A stretch of 64,000 bases of DNA, taken from Synergistales bacterium. Its GTDB lineage: Bacteria > Synergistota > Synergistia > Synergistales > JAFGMB01. The notes under the pieces were generated by a model. The model saw nothing but the letters and a program-made list of their open reading frames with translations. It did not search any database and had not been told where the DNA came from. The stretch's first letter is position 1. Every line of letters starts with the position of its first letter. Made by a program: the position numbers and the translations under genes. Below are positions 9,547-19,267 of the stretch, one piece after another. The stretch is taken from assembly GCA_963666205.1 (NCBI GenBank), contig OY762654.1:1003220-1067219 (forward strand), given 5' to 3'.

Positions 9547-11019
9547 TTACTCCCCCCAGAATATCCGGATAATATCATCTTCAGGTTTATCTGTGGCGAT
9601 GCTGAAGACAATGAAAAGAACAAGAGCTATGAGAAGTGTGGGAACGATCACATGCATACCCCATAACCTTTTAACATAAATGACAAGGTAAAAATAGGAT
9701 GCGACTCCCCCTGTCATGGAAGCAAAAGCTCCGGCTGCATTCGCCCTTTTCCAGTAAAGTCCCAGCACAAGGGGCCACAAAAAGGCAGCCTGCAGTCCGC
9801 CAAAGGCAAAAAGATTTATCCATACGATCAGGTCTGGAGGATCAAAGGAAGCTGCGAAGACGATCGTACCGACTATAGCAGTAGTCCAGAAACTGAGCCA
9901 GTGGATCCTGGAAGTTTCACTTCCCTTTTCCCCGGCTCCGGGATTTATGTAATTCAGATAAAGGTCATTAACAATGGTGGCCGAAGCGAGGATGAGCTGG
10001 GAATCTATGGTAGACATTATAGCTGCCAGGGGCCCGGCCAGGAATACTCCTGCCATATAGGGCGGAAGGACCTTGATTATAAGGGCCGGCATTATCCTGT
10101 CTCCTACCGCAAGGTCTGGAATTATGGCCCTGCCAAATGCTCCGCACAAGTGCATCCCCAGCATCAGGAAACCCACAACTACCGTACCCAGGACTATGGC
10201 CATATGCATTGACCTGCTGTCACGATATCCAAAACATCGGACCGCCGTATGGGGCAGTCCGATAACCCCAAAACAGACAAGGATCCAGAAGGACAGGATA
10301 AAGGGTCTGGAAATAAAATCCCGGGGTCCGAAGGGCGTTATCAGGGCAGGGTCGATGGCCCTGAGATCGGTTACGATATTGCCCACTCCTCCACCGATCT
10401 TTATTATACCGAAGAGCAGAGCGAAGGTCCCCACCATCATGACACAGCCCTGGACCGCATCTGTAAGCGCCACAGCCCTGAAACCGCCAATGGTGGTATA
10501 GATTATCACTGTAACTGCAAAAATGATCAGTCCAGTGTTGTAAGACAGGCCCGTTACCCCTTCAAAGAGCCTTGCCCCTCCGATAAACTGTGCGACCATA
10601 GCCGCAATAAAGAAAACGAGGAGGCTCAGGGATCCCAGGATAACAACAGCCCGGCTCCGATATCTTTCATGAAGGATATCATTAATGGTTACGGCATTTA
10701 TCCTTCTTGCTACAATGGCAAATTTTTTTCCCAGAACACCAAGAGTAAGCCATGCTGCGGGAAGCTGTATCATTGCAAGGAGGATCCACCCGAGACCCAT
10801 CTTGTATGCGACCCCTGGCCCTCCCACAAAACTGCTCGCACTTGTGTAAGTTGCCACCAGTGTCATAGCCAGCACAAAACCGCCCATTCCCCTGCTTCCG
10901 ATAAAATATTCTTCAAGGAAATTGCCGGATCTGGAAAGAACCCGGTTACTGTAAAAGGCCATAAGGTAAACCAGGGCAAGGTATATGAACAGCGGAGCTA
11001 CAACCCGGTGATCAGTCAT
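9547..11019 (-). CDS. panF: Sodium/pantothenate symporter (SSS family).
   Basis: The N-terminus FLEEYFIGSRGMGGFVLAMTLVATYTSASSFVGGPGVAYKMGLGWILLAMIQ is closely similar to E. coli PanF. The ATG at 11019 overlaps the yhdT stop (ATGACTGA). The track ORF extends to 11115. Confidence 0.85.
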   Translation of the reverse strand: MTDHRVVAPLFIYLALVYLMAFYSNRVLSRSGNFLEEYFIGSRGMGGFVLAMTLVATYTSASSFVGGPGVAYKMGLGWILLAMIQLPAAWLTLGVLGKKFAIVARRINAVTINDILHERYRSRAVVILGSLSLLVFFIAAMVAQFIGGARLFEGVTGLSYNTGLIIFAVTVIIYTTIGGFRAVALTDAVQGCVMMVGTFALLFGIIKIGGGVGNIVTDLRAIDPALITPFGPRDFISRPFILSFWILVCFGVIGLPHTAVRCFGYRDSRSMHMAIVLGTVVVGFLMLGMHLCGAFGRAIIPDLAVGDRIMPALIIKVLPPYMAGVFLAGPLAAIMSTIDSQLILASATIVNDLYLNYINPGAGEKGSETSRIHWLSFWTTAIVGTIVFAASFDPPDLIVWINLFAFGGLQAAFLWPLVLGLYWKRANAAGAFASMTGGVASYFYLVIYVKRLWGMHVIVPTLLIALVLFIVFSIATDKPEDDIIRIFWGE

Positions 11020-11323
11020 GGTCCATCTTTCCCTTTCCATCTCCGGCTGGCTTCTCAAGGGGCATATCCCGAAAAAGGAAAACCACCATAAGTAAAGCGA
11101 GGATCGAAAAAACAATAAAACCGGCTATACAGCTGAGAAAGAACCATGACGGGAAACCTGCAATATAGGAATATTCTTCGACTGGACGGGAACCCGGTCC
11201 ATATGCGGTCAGGTACCACCATGCAAAATAGAGGAATGCAAGTACCAGAGCATAAAGGGCTTCTCTATTGGCAACCGCAAAACGGGGATCCTGGAGGAGA
11301 ATCCCCTTTCGTATTCTCATCAT
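11012..11323 (-). CDS. yhdT: YhdT-family small membrane protein (DUF997) coupled to panF.
   Basis: DPRFAVANREALYALVLAFLYFAWWYL...FLFRDMPLE resembles YhdT. The RBS GGAGGA precedes the ATG at 11323. The conserved yhdT-panF gene pairing is present. Confidence 0.7.
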   Translation of the reverse strand: MMRIRKGILLQDPRFAVANREALYALVLAFLYFAWWYLTAYGPGSRPVEEYSYIAGFPSWFFLSCIAGFIVFSILALLMVVFLFRDMPLEKPAGDGKGKMDHD

Positions 11324-11439
11324 TGTAATCCTCCTGCAACGAGATCTTTCCAAGGGACCTTTGCTTTTCCATTTACAAGCTTTAGGAAACGATTCTTCAA
11401 GGCAAATGGGTGTTCCCCATACCCCCGGGTCAGGTAAGG

Positions 11440-12033
11440 CTAAATGTCCTTACTCTCCCAGTTCCCGTATTCCATATATACGGCCCTACTGTCCGCCTCA
11501 TCCTGGCCATGCAGCCTTGCCACCACATGTAAGGAAAGATCGATTCCTGCCGATACTCCGGCTGCTGTAAGGATCTTTCCGTTATCCACAAAGCGCCTGC
11601 CCGTGACAATTTCTGCTTTTGGGGCTATCTCCCTGAAGAGTTCCCTCACACTGTGATGGGTGGTACATTCCAATCCGTCAAGGAGACCCAGTCTGCCAAG
11701 GATAAAGGAGCCTGTACATACTGAAAGGGTTATCTCACTTTCCTTATGGCACGCCGAGACCCAGTTCAATACATTCTCATTGTAAACTTCTTTACGGGTT
11801 CCCCTGCCCCCCGGAAGGATAAGAATATCCATGTGGGGATGATCCCGAAAGGAATGGTCGGGAAAAACTTTCAGACCGTTAACGGTATTTATGGCCTCTC
11901 CATTCCAGGATATGGTAAAAACATTGAACAGAGATTCTTCCTCCTCGTCTATCCTTATGGAAAAAACCTCATAGGGTCCTGCAAGATCAAGAAGTTCCAT
12001 GTTGTCGAAGATCCATATACCGACGTTTCTCAT
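11440..12033 (-). CDS. DJ-1/PfpI family (class I glutamine amidotransferase-like) protein.
   Basis: ILILPGG...SVCTGSFILGRLGLLDG...TAAGVSAGIDLSLHVV contains the nucleophile-elbow Cys motif. The start at 12033 follows AAGGGGGA. The maximal ORF extends to 12129. Confidence 0.8.
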   Translation of the reverse strand: MRNVGIWIFDNMELLDLAGPYEVFSIRIDEEEESLFNVFTISWNGEAINTVNGLKVFPDHSFRDHPHMDILILPGGRGTRKEVYNENVLNWVSACHKESEITLSVCTGSFILGRLGLLDGLECTTHHSVRELFREIAPKAEIVTGRRFVDNGKILTAAGVSAGIDLSLHVVARLHGQDEADSRAVYMEYGNWESKDI

Positions 12034-12261
12034 GAAATTCCCCCTTATATATTCTGGCGGTACTCCCTGGTAAGGATCAGTTTCAGAAGCAAAGCCTGAC
12101 CAGGGAACATAAAGCTTACCGGACTTCACTGATTCCTCTGTACAGATTAAACATGGCAGAACAGCACATTTTCCAATGACATCCCATTCGCTTTATCGTA
12201 TCATATAGACAAAAGAAAACTTACAGATTCAAGATCTTATCTCCTCAAGGAGGCTTGAACA

Positions 12262-13089
12262 ATGGCTAATCCAGTCTGGAAAAACGAAGGCTTTGAAGTA
12301 ACGGCAAGATCAACAGGATCCACACCCCTCAAAGTCAGAAATGTAGTCAATAAAGCCATGATATGCCTGTTCATACTTGTGATATCCACGGCGTATATGT
12401 GGACAAGCTATTACGCAGGAAAAGGGATCGTTCTTCCCACGGTTATCGCGATAGGCGGAGGTCTTGCAGGCTTTTATGTTTCCTTCCGCGTACCGGAGAT
12501 CTCTGTCGTTACAGTCCCCCTTTTCATGATCCTGGAAGGCCTCACTGTAGGAGGAGTTTCAGCCCTTGTGGAATTCTTCTATCCAGGGGTAGTATTGAAC
12601 GCTGTCACCCTTACCTACATTGCCGCACTCCTGCTTCTGCTGATGTCCCGATTCGATTTCCTGACCGCAGGGAACCGTTTTTTTCGGATATTCACACTTG
12701 CCGCCGGGTCCATAATTATTTTTTATGTCCTTAAATTCATTATGGGGATCTTCTCCATAAATATACTTAAATTTCTCAGTCCCATAGGTATGGCCATCTG
12801 CCTGGCCATAGTGATAGTCGGATCCATCAATCTTGTAAACGACATGGATTTCATCAGGGAAAGAGAAGCTCTCGGCATCCGCAAAAGAGCAGAATGGACA
12901 GCAGTACTGGGAATAATGGTCACCGTAGGCTGGGTATATCTCGAAGTGGCGAGACTCCTTTTTATGGTAAAGAGGTTCATATCAGGCCAGATCAGGGAAA
13001 AGAAAGAAGCCTTCATCCCTGACAAGACCGAAACACGGAAAACAGAGAACATAAAAATAGAGGACAAGATAGAAGCGGATAAGAAATAG
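12262..13089 (+). CDS. Bax inhibitor-1/YccA-like (BaxI_1-type) polytopic membrane protein.
   Basis: The N-terminal MANPVWKN... is followed by about 6-7 hydrophobic helices, a pattern like the BaxI_1 family. The C-terminal tail is charged. Confidence 0.5.
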   Translation: MANPVWKNEGFEVTARSTGSTPLKVRNVVNKAMICLFILVISTAYMWTSYYAGKGIVLPTVIAIGGGLAGFYVSFRVPEISVVTVPLFMILEGLTVGGVSALVEFFYPGVVLNAVTLTYIAALLLLLMSRFDFLTAGNRFFRIFTLAAGSIIIFYVLKFIMGIFSINILKFLSPIGMAICLAIVIVGSINLVNDMDFIREREALGIRKRAEWTAVLGIMVTVGWVYLEVARLLFMVKRFISGQIREKKEAFIPDKTETRKTENIKIEDKIEADKK

Positions 13090-13164
13090 CCCATCCGTAA
13101 ATCAGACATAAGGGGAAGATCCCCCATCAGGATCTTCCCCTTGTTCATTACATGCAGGACCCTG

Positions 13165-14013
13165 TCACACACCTGGGTCCAGAATTATATTGTCTATGAG
13201 TCTGGCCTTCCCCACCCTTACAGCAAGAGCAAGAACGGCTTTTCTGTCCATGACATCAAGGTCCCTGAGATTCCCGGCATCCTTGAGGGAAACGTAATCT
13301 ATTGACAGTGCCGGATCTGAAGATATTTTTTCACTTACAGCACTCATGATCTTTTCAGATGAAGTCTCACCATTTCTGGCCATCTCATGTGCCATGGCCA
13401 GGGAACGGTTCAGGAGAAGTGCTGATCTTCTCTGCTCCGGGGTAAGATAAAGGTTGCGGCTGCTCATGGCAAGTCCATCTTCTTCCCTGACAATGGGACA
13501 TGTTACTATCTCCACAGGTATGTTCAGATCCCTGACCATCCGTTTAATTACCTGGACCTGCTGGTAGTCTTTCTGACCGAAATAGGATCTCCCGGGTCTC
13601 ACTATATTGAAGAGCTTCGCTACCACCGTACAGACTCCCCTGAAATGTCCCGGCCTTGAGGCTCCGCAAAGAACTCTGCTGAGGTCATCCTCTTCAACGT
13701 GGACTGAAAAATTCTCCGGGTACATTTCTCCGGGAGAGGGTGAAAAGACCATGTCCACTCCTTCGGACTCAAGAAGGGCAAGATCTCTTTCCATATCCCT
13801 CGGATAAGCCTCCAGGTCCTCTCCAGGGCCAAACTGGATGGGATTAACAAATATGGAAACAGCCGTTATTTCATTCTGGCTGCGGCATTTTCGTACAAGG
13901 GACAGATGTCCCTCATGGAGGAAACCCATTGTCGGGACCAGTCCCAGGGTACGGCCCCGGGCATGATCTGAAAGAAACTGCCTTGCTCCTTCTACCGTTG
14001 CTGCTACAAACAA
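13165..14013 (-). CDS. panC: Pantoate--beta-alanine ligase.
   Basis: LVPTMGFLHEGHLSLV, FVNPIQFGPGEDL, GASRPGHFRGVCTVVAKLFNIV and FGQKDYQQ are PanC signatures. The TTG at 14013 follows GGAGGTG. The maximal ORF extends to 14058. Confidence 0.9.
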   Translation of the reverse strand: MFVAATVEGARQFLSDHARGRTLGLVPTMGFLHEGHLSLVRKCRSQNEITAVSIFVNPIQFGPGEDLEAYPRDMERDLALLESEGVDMVFSPSPGEMYPENFSVHVEEDDLSRVLCGASRPGHFRGVCTVVAKLFNIVRPGRSYFGQKDYQQVQVIKRMVRDLNIPVEIVTCPIVREEDGLAMSSRNLYLTPEQRRSALLLNRSLAMAHEMARNGETSSEKIMSAVSEKISSDPALSIDYVSLKDAGNLRDLDVMDRKAVLALAVRVGKARLIDNIILDPGV

Positions 14014-14091
14014 GGAAAAACACCTCCAACGTGGATCAGTAGTTCTATAATTCAACACATTACCATAATCCGGTTATACCTGCTGCATAAA

Positions 14092-14123
14092 GCAGGGGGA
14101 TCCATAAAAAAGGATCCCCCTGC
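14092..14123 (-). terminator. Strong hairpin between panD and panC; possible terminator or attenuator.
   Basis: GCAGGGGGATCC-N8-GGATCCCCCTGC forms a perfect 12-bp stem. On the minus strand it is followed by TTTATGCAGC, a weak U-tract. Confidence 0.4.
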
Positions 14124-14133
14124 AATTTATCAT

Positions 14134-14520
14134 TCATCTTCTGATCTCGCCGTGGATCTCCTGTGAGGACTGATCCATTATCGTGTTGTTATCATCCACG
14201 AAGACCACCCTGGTCTCAAGACCCGCCGTCTCTTCCTCCGGGATCCAGCAATAGGCAATGATTATAACCCTGTCTCCCACCTGAACAGACCTTGCGGCTG
14301 CTCCGTTGAGACAGACCATACCGCTGCCCTCCGGCCCCTCTATTGTGTAGGTCTCGAGTCGGGCGCCGTTATTCACATTGACGATCTGGACCTTTTCTCC
14401 CGGAAGGATACCCGCTGCGTTCAGAAGAAGTTTATCTATTGTAATGCTACCCACATAGTCGAGCTCGGCCTGGGTAACAACAGCTCTATGGATCTTACCC
14501 TTGAACATATTCAGGAACAC
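14134..14520 (-). CDS. panD: Aspartate 1-decarboxylase proenzyme.
   Basis: [28 protein letters not shown]...[19 protein letters not shown]...CLNGAAAR is close to B. subtilis PanD and includes the G-S self-cleavage site. The GTG at 14520 lies 9 nt after AAGAGGTG. The maximal ORF extends to 14532. Confidence 0.9.
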   Translation of the reverse strand: MFLNMFKGKIHRAVVTQAELDYVGSITIDKLLLNAAGILPGEKVQIVNVNNGARLETYTIEGPEGSGMVCLNGAAARSVQVGDRVIIIAYCWIPEEETAGLETRVVFVDDNNTIMDQSSQEIHGEIRR

Positions 14521-14632
14521 AGTAAAGATCACCTCTTATTGAAAGTACTAATGAAAACCGTTACCATTTACAGTTAAATTCGCCGTATTTTAACATAACT
14601 TTACAGAAATCGGAAAGATAAATGTCAACATA

Positions 14633-14661
14633 AGAAAAAAGCCGCCCATTCCGGGCGGCTT
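14633..14661 (-). terminator. Rho-independent terminator after the DHOD-like gene.
   Basis: The minus strand reads AGCCGCCC-GGAAT-GGGCGGCT followed by TTTTTTCTT. Confidence 0.8.
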
Positions 14662-14672
14662 ACTTGTATAAC

Positions 14673-15686
14673 CTAATACTGGGGAAACTGCTTGATTATA
14701 GTTTCGGGTTTCATGAGCATGCCCACGTACTGGGCCCGCTCATAGGCAAAGGGATCGGACAGGTTCTTCTTGCTCATTCTTCCGCGGAATTCCTTAAGGG
14801 AGTCAAGTTTCTTACCCTCCATCCATTTGATAAGCTCTCTCCTGATAAACCTTAAATGCTCAAGTTTGCCCTTGTAAAGGGCACTTACCAGCTGAACGCA
14901 GGAAGCACCTGCCATTATCAGCTTGGCCGCGTCCCTGCCCGAATATATACCTCCGCTGGCACAGATATCACCCTGGATCTGCCCGTAAAGAAGTCCGGTA
15001 AATCTCAGTGGAAGCTTGTAATCTCCCTCACAGCTCAGATCGAAGTTGAGAAGATTGACTTCCCTGTCGATATCAAGGTCCGGCTGGAAGAAACGGTTGA
15101 ATAGGACGAAGGCTCCGGCTCCTGCCTGATCCATCTTGGATATCACATTAGCTGGATTCGCATAAAAGGGACTGAGTTTGACACTCACAGGGATGGATAT
15201 TTTCTCCCTTATCTCGCAAAGGGTCTCGATCTGCTCCTTCTCTATCTGGGCACCATCCCGGTCCGGATCAGTAGGACTGGAATAGAAATTAAGTTCCAGC
15301 CCGTCTACGCCTGTCTTCTCAAGAAGCATGGCATATTCCACCCAGATTTCCCTGTTCACGGCATTGAGGCTTGCAATTAAAGGTATGTCAACTATCTCCC
15401 TGCTCTTTTTGACCCAGTAAAGATGTTCTTCCGGCCCCGAGTGTTCCATGCGTGGATGGATCCCTGTCATTTCAGCATGTCTTTCATCATATTCAGTAAG
15501 AGAATCATCCATTTGAAGTCTTTCAAGCTGGATCTGCTCCTCAAAAAGTGACTTCAACACGATAGCCCCCGCCCCGGCTTCCTCGATCTTTTTAAGGGTT
15601 TCAACGTGAGAAGTCATTTCACATGCTCCGACAACAAAGGGATTCTCCAGTTCAATACCCATATAACTGGTTTTCAGATCAACCAT
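14673..15686 (-). CDS. Dihydroorotate dehydrogenase-like (class 1 DHOD/DHPD-fold) flavoprotein.
   Basis: TIM-barrel DHOD-like motifs are present (NPFVVGA...GAGAIVLKS...GLELNFYSSP...SVKLSPF...ASGGIYSGRDAAKLIMAGASCVQL). There is no Fe-S domain. Confidence 0.7.
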   Translation of the reverse strand: MVDLKTSYMGIELENPFVVGACEMTSHVETLKKIEEAGAGAIVLKSLFEEQIQLERLQMDDSLTEYDERHAEMTGIHPRMEHSGPEEHLYWVKKSREIVDIPLIASLNAVNREIWVEYAMLLEKTGVDGLELNFYSSPTDPDRDGAQIEKEQIETLCEIREKISIPVSVKLSPFYANPANVISKMDQAGAGAFVLFNRFFQPDLDIDREVNLLNFDLSCEGDYKLPLRFTGLLYGQIQGDICASGGIYSGRDAAKLIMAGASCVQLVSALYKGKLEHLRFIRRELIKWMEGKKLDSLKEFRGRMSKKNLSDPFAYERAQYVGMLMKPETIIKQFPQY

Positions 15687-15867
15687 ATTTTCAACCTCCT
15701 TTATGGAACTGTTATGATTCAGAAATCAATACCTTTAAATCCGGGATAATTCTGGAAGAGAGTAAAAAATGAGAATAGAGCTTACTTGATTATACTAGCA
15801 GGTCATCTAGGTGAAGTAAATACCTTAAAGAAAAACCCGGCTTATGCCGGGTCAGAATGGTCTTTCC

Positions 15868-16038
15868 CTATATCCCTCCAAAGTACCAGCCCATTATGGC
15901 CATAACTCCCGCAAGGGCAATATTTGCCAGTCCCTTCACGGGCTGACCATATCTGAATCTCCTCAATCCCATAAAGAACATGATCGCGGCACATATATAA
16001 AGGACCAAGGGTGCTATGTTGTCAGCAAAGAATTGCAT
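15868..16038 (-). CDS. Candidate small membrane protein (56 aa); absent from the ORF track.
   Basis: Manual translation gives MQFFADNIAPLVLYICAAIMFFMGLRRFRYGQPVKGLANIALAGVMAIMGWYFGGI*. It has two hydrophobic helices, and GGGGAGG lies 8 nt upstream of the ATG. Confidence 0.35.
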   Translation of the reverse strand: MQFFADNIAPLVLYICAAIMFFMGLRRFRYGQPVKGLANIALAGVMAIMGWYFGGI

Positions 16039-16333
16039 CTGAAAGACCTCCCCGGATATTATGATCTCTACAGCTATAAACTGTCAGATAACAGGGAAGC
16101 CTGAATTGTACTTCTTCCCCGTAACAATAATACAATATCCCTGTCATATTTTTCATAATACCTGCAATTTATAACAGGAATACTCAAAGACCGATCTCCG
16201 GACCCGGGGAAAAGGGGGGAAGGATAGGTGCTCACCTTAAAGATAGCAACAGCTTCGGCTCTCCGGAAAAGAGCAAAGAAACGGGGAAAGCATACATCCC
16301 TGTCTCTTTGCTCTTGCATTGAAGAATGAAATA

Positions 16334-17563
16334 TTAACCTGCAAGCCTTATTACAGCTCCAAGGATCATTTCCGCACCCCTGGCTACCTGATCATAATCG
16401 GTCCACTCTTCAGGACAGTGACTTTTACCATTTCTGCTTGGAACAAATATCATTCCAACCGGCGCTACCCTGGCCATCACCATGGCATCATGGCCCGCAC
16501 CACTCGGCATTACATGGGTGGAAATATTCTTTTCTGCTGCAACCTCCTGGAATATGGACATTATCCCGGGATCTATACTGACGGGAGAGACGGCAAGGCG
16601 TTCTTCCCATGAAAAAGCAAGTCCCCCGGAAGAGCAGATCTCCTCGAGGAATTTTTTTATTTCAGAAGCGGCAGTTTCAATAACCGGCTCGGAACTGTCA
16701 CGAAGATCTATGCTGAACTGCACTTCCCCCGGGACGATGTTAAAGGCCCCCGGCCTGACATTCACCATTCCCACCGTGGCCACTGTTCCCTTACCGGCCC
16801 TTCTGGCTATGGCGTCGATCTCGGAGATCACCCTGCTGGCTCCCACCAGGGCATCCCTTCTGAAATCCATGGGGGTGGTTCCGGCGTGATCTGCCTTACC
16901 CTTTACCGTTACGAAGAAAGTCCTTATCCCCACGATAGACTCGACTATGCCTACGTCACAGCCATTCTGTTCCAGAACTGGCCCCTGCTCTATATGTAAT
17001 TCCAGAAAAGCCTTTATGCTGCCTGGCTCCCGCCTGGCCTTACCAACGCATGCAGGATCGAGTCCGAAGGATTCCATGGCTTCAGCCTTTGTTATTCCCA
17101 GGGAATCGGTTCCCTTATATATTTCATCTTCAGATACAATACCTGCCATAGCCCTGCTTCCCCAGACCCCTGAGCCAAAACGGCCCCCTTCTTCCTCCGT
17201 CATCACGACCATTTCCAGGGGATTGACAGTTTCCATGCCCTCTTCATTTATGATCCTCAAGGCCTCCAGGGCCGAAATAACACCGGCTGGACCGTCAAAA
17301 GCACCTCCGTTGACAACTGAATCTATGTGGGAACCGAACATGACCACAGGGGCATCCTTCAGAGTGCCTTCCCTTCTTCCGAAGAGATTGCCGGCATTAT
17401 CCTGATATATTTCAAGACCTGCGGCCTCCATCTCTTTCCGCAGATATTCCCTTGCCCGACTCTCTTCAGCACTGAAAGCAAGCCTCGTAACTCCTTCTCC
17501 CGGGGTTGACGTTATCCCGGCCAGAAATTCCAGATCTTTTCTTATTCTATCGACTCTCACCAT
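16334..17563 (-). CDS. M20-family Zn-dependent amidohydrolase (N-carbamoyl-amino-acid amidohydrolase / allantoate amidohydrolase / beta-ureidopropionase type).
   Basis: GVTRLAFS...GSHIDSVVNGGAFDGPAGV...EEEGGRFG...GAGHDAM are hallmarks of the AmaB/AllC family. Confidence 0.85.
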   Translation of the reverse strand: MVRVDRIRKDLEFLAGITSTPGEGVTRLAFSAEESRAREYLRKEMEAAGLEIYQDNAGNLFGRREGTLKDAPVVMFGSHIDSVVNGGAFDGPAGVISALEALRIINEEGMETVNPLEMVVMTEEEGGRFGSGVWGSRAMAGIVSEDEIYKGTDSLGITKAEAMESFGLDPACVGKARREPGSIKAFLELHIEQGPVLEQNGCDVGIVESIVGIRTFFVTVKGKADHAGTTPMDFRRDALVGASRVISEIDAIARRAGKGTVATVGMVNVRPGAFNIVPGEVQFSIDLRDSSEPVIETAASEIKKFLEEICSSGGLAFSWEERLAVSPVSIDPGIMSIFQEVAAEKNISTHVMPSGAGHDAMVMARVAPVGMIFVPSRNGKSHCPEEWTDYDQVARGAEMILGAVIRLAG

Positions 17564-17673
17564 GGAAATACCTCCCTTGTAAAAACATTATTGCCTCATG
17601 GTACGATGCTGGAAATTTTTTAAAAGCATAGCAGAAAACACTTCATAACAACAGTCAGACAACTATCTCAATT

Positions 17674-17705
17674 AAAAAGGGGTATGCCCCGGGAGGACAT
17701 ACCCC
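17674..17705 (-). terminator. Rho-independent terminator after the radical SAM gene.
   Basis: The minus strand reads GGGGTATGT-CCTCCCGG-GCATACCCC followed by TTTTTAATT. Confidence 0.75.
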
Positions 17706-17726
17706 TTCCTCTCTTCATATATTGAA

Positions 17727-19217
17727 TTATTTATTGCAACCGGCCCATTGGCGACTGCATCCTTCACATGTTGCGGGAAGATGTTTTCTCGCCTTTTCAA
17801 GGGTATAGGGATCTTCTTCCCTTTCTAGACTTTTCCAGTACCTGGATCTCCAGCTTTTATCCCATACAGGATCGTAAATAGTCTTAAGTTCCTCAGCATA
17901 CCTGTCGAGACCCTCTGCCACTTTTCCCTCCAGCATTGCCTCAAGACCGGGATGACAGGGTCTGGCGCCATATTTCCCGACAAGGTCTCTCAATACTTCC
18001 GGATGATCTATGATCATGCACGGACGAAGAAGATCATCATCTTCGTAGGGCTGGGATTCCCGAATGGCTTTAAAAAAGGGACTGGCCGCTATTTCGGAGA
18101 TGCTCTTTTCCTTTACGTTATCCACAGCAAAGGGAACGAAGACACAGGGCTCGACCATTCCGTTGTGAATGACATGCCAGTATCTTCTTCCACCAGCCAT
18201 GCATCCGTCCACGTATGGACCGTCATTCCAGAAATCTCCAAAGAGGATGGGATAGTCTCTGCTCTCTCTCCAGCCGGCGACCTTCTCTCTCAGTTTATTA
18301 CGCTGAAGGGGAGATGCCATGTATGAAAGATCAGGTTTCGCACCAATGGGTATGTACTGGAAGATCCAGCCGAAGGTGCATCCATGATCTATCATTCGGG
18401 AAATAAAATCATCGCTGGCAATATAGTCAGCATTCACATTGGTGTAAGTTGCACTGAAACCATATACCATTCCTCTTTCCTTCATCAGGGAATAGGCATT
18501 TGTCATTTTTTCATATACACCAGGACCCCTCCTGGAATCTGTATGTTCCTTTGTACCCTCAATGGAGATCATGGGTGCCACGTTGCCCAGCTCAGCCAGA
18601 CGATCCACAGTCTCCACGGTCAGAAGGGTCCCGTTTGTATAAAACTGGAAGTAACAGTCATTGTGTTTCTTCAGGAGTTCAAAGATGCGTGGGTAAAGGA
18701 GGACTTCCCCTCCGCTTAAAGTATAAAAATACATCCCCAGGGATTTCCCTTCCTCAAGCAGCCTGTCGAAGACCTCATAGGGAAGGTCCTGATCCTGGTC
18801 ATATTCCGCGGCATAACAGCCCTTACAGTGCAGATTACACTTCATGGTAGGACTTATGACCATGAAATTCGGAAGATGAACACCCAGTTCCCTGGACTTT
18901 CTGTCCCTGATCCCCCTTCCCATGACCATGAAATTCACAAATACGTTCTGCATAAACTTCTGCAGACAATTTGGACTGATCTCTCTGATCATCCTGAGGA
19001 AGGGCTGAGCGAAGGGATCATCATTTCTGATCTTTCCGGCAAGAAGCTTGAAACTTTCCCTGTGATATTTAGCCGGAGCTATCTTTGCCAGTGATTCAAA
19101 GAGATCCGCCACTTCTCCGGATTCTCCCCTTCGGATCCTGTCCGCTATCCGGTTGACGATCTTCAGGGTAAGATACCCTTTTGTCCTGTCAATCAAGGAA
19201 ACAGTCAATATTTTCAC
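17727..19217 (-). CDS. Radical SAM protein (about 490 aa) of unknown specific function.
   Basis: The CNLHCKGCYA (CxxxCxxC) cluster motif sits about 125 aa from the N-terminus, and the C-terminal tail is Cys-rich. The likely start is the TTG at 19208, after GAAGGGGTG. It lies 50 nt downstream of the gntR-type gene. Confidence 0.8.
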   Translation of the reverse strand: MKILTVSLIDRTKGYLTLKIVNRIADRIRRGESGEVADLFESLAKIAPAKYHRESFKLLAGKIRNDDPFAQPFLRMIREISPNCLQKFMQNVFVNFMVMGRGIRDRKSRELGVHLPNFMVISPTMKCNLHCKGCYAAEYDQDQDLPYEVFDRLLEEGKSLGMYFYTLSGGEVLLYPRIFELLKKHNDCYFQFYTNGTLLTVETVDRLAELGNVAPMISIEGTKEHTDSRRGPGVYEKMTNAYSLMKERGMVYGFSATYTNVNADYIASDDFISRMIDHGCTFGWIFQYIPIGAKPDLSYMASPLQRNKLREKVAGWRESRDYPILFGDFWNDGPYVDGCMAGGRRYWHVIHNGMVEPCVFVPFAVDNVKEKSISEIAASPFFKAIRESQPYEDDDLLRPCMIIDHPEVLRDLVGKYGARPCHPGLEAMLEGKVAEGLDRYAEELKTIYDPVWDKSWRSRYWKSLEREEDPYTLEKARKHLPATCEGCSRQWAGCNK

Positions 19218-19267
19218 CCCTTCTTCTCAAAATATCGAACTCGGGAAAATGATCTCATGCTGCAGTT

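Noticed and set aside
10249-11091. Long antisense or shadow ORFs inside real genes. Examples: 10249..11091 and 10073..10501 in panF, 541..1179 in grdB, 31512..32108, 32562..33359 and 34450..35247 around or in the TamB-like gene, 40501..41238 in the DUF362 gene, 45791..46633 in the YjbH-like gene, 24543..25139 and 27463..27966 in the cyclase genes.
   Set aside because: They overlap strongly supported genes on the opposite strand or in another frame. Their composition is low-complexity or biased, and they have no recognisable motifs or RBS.
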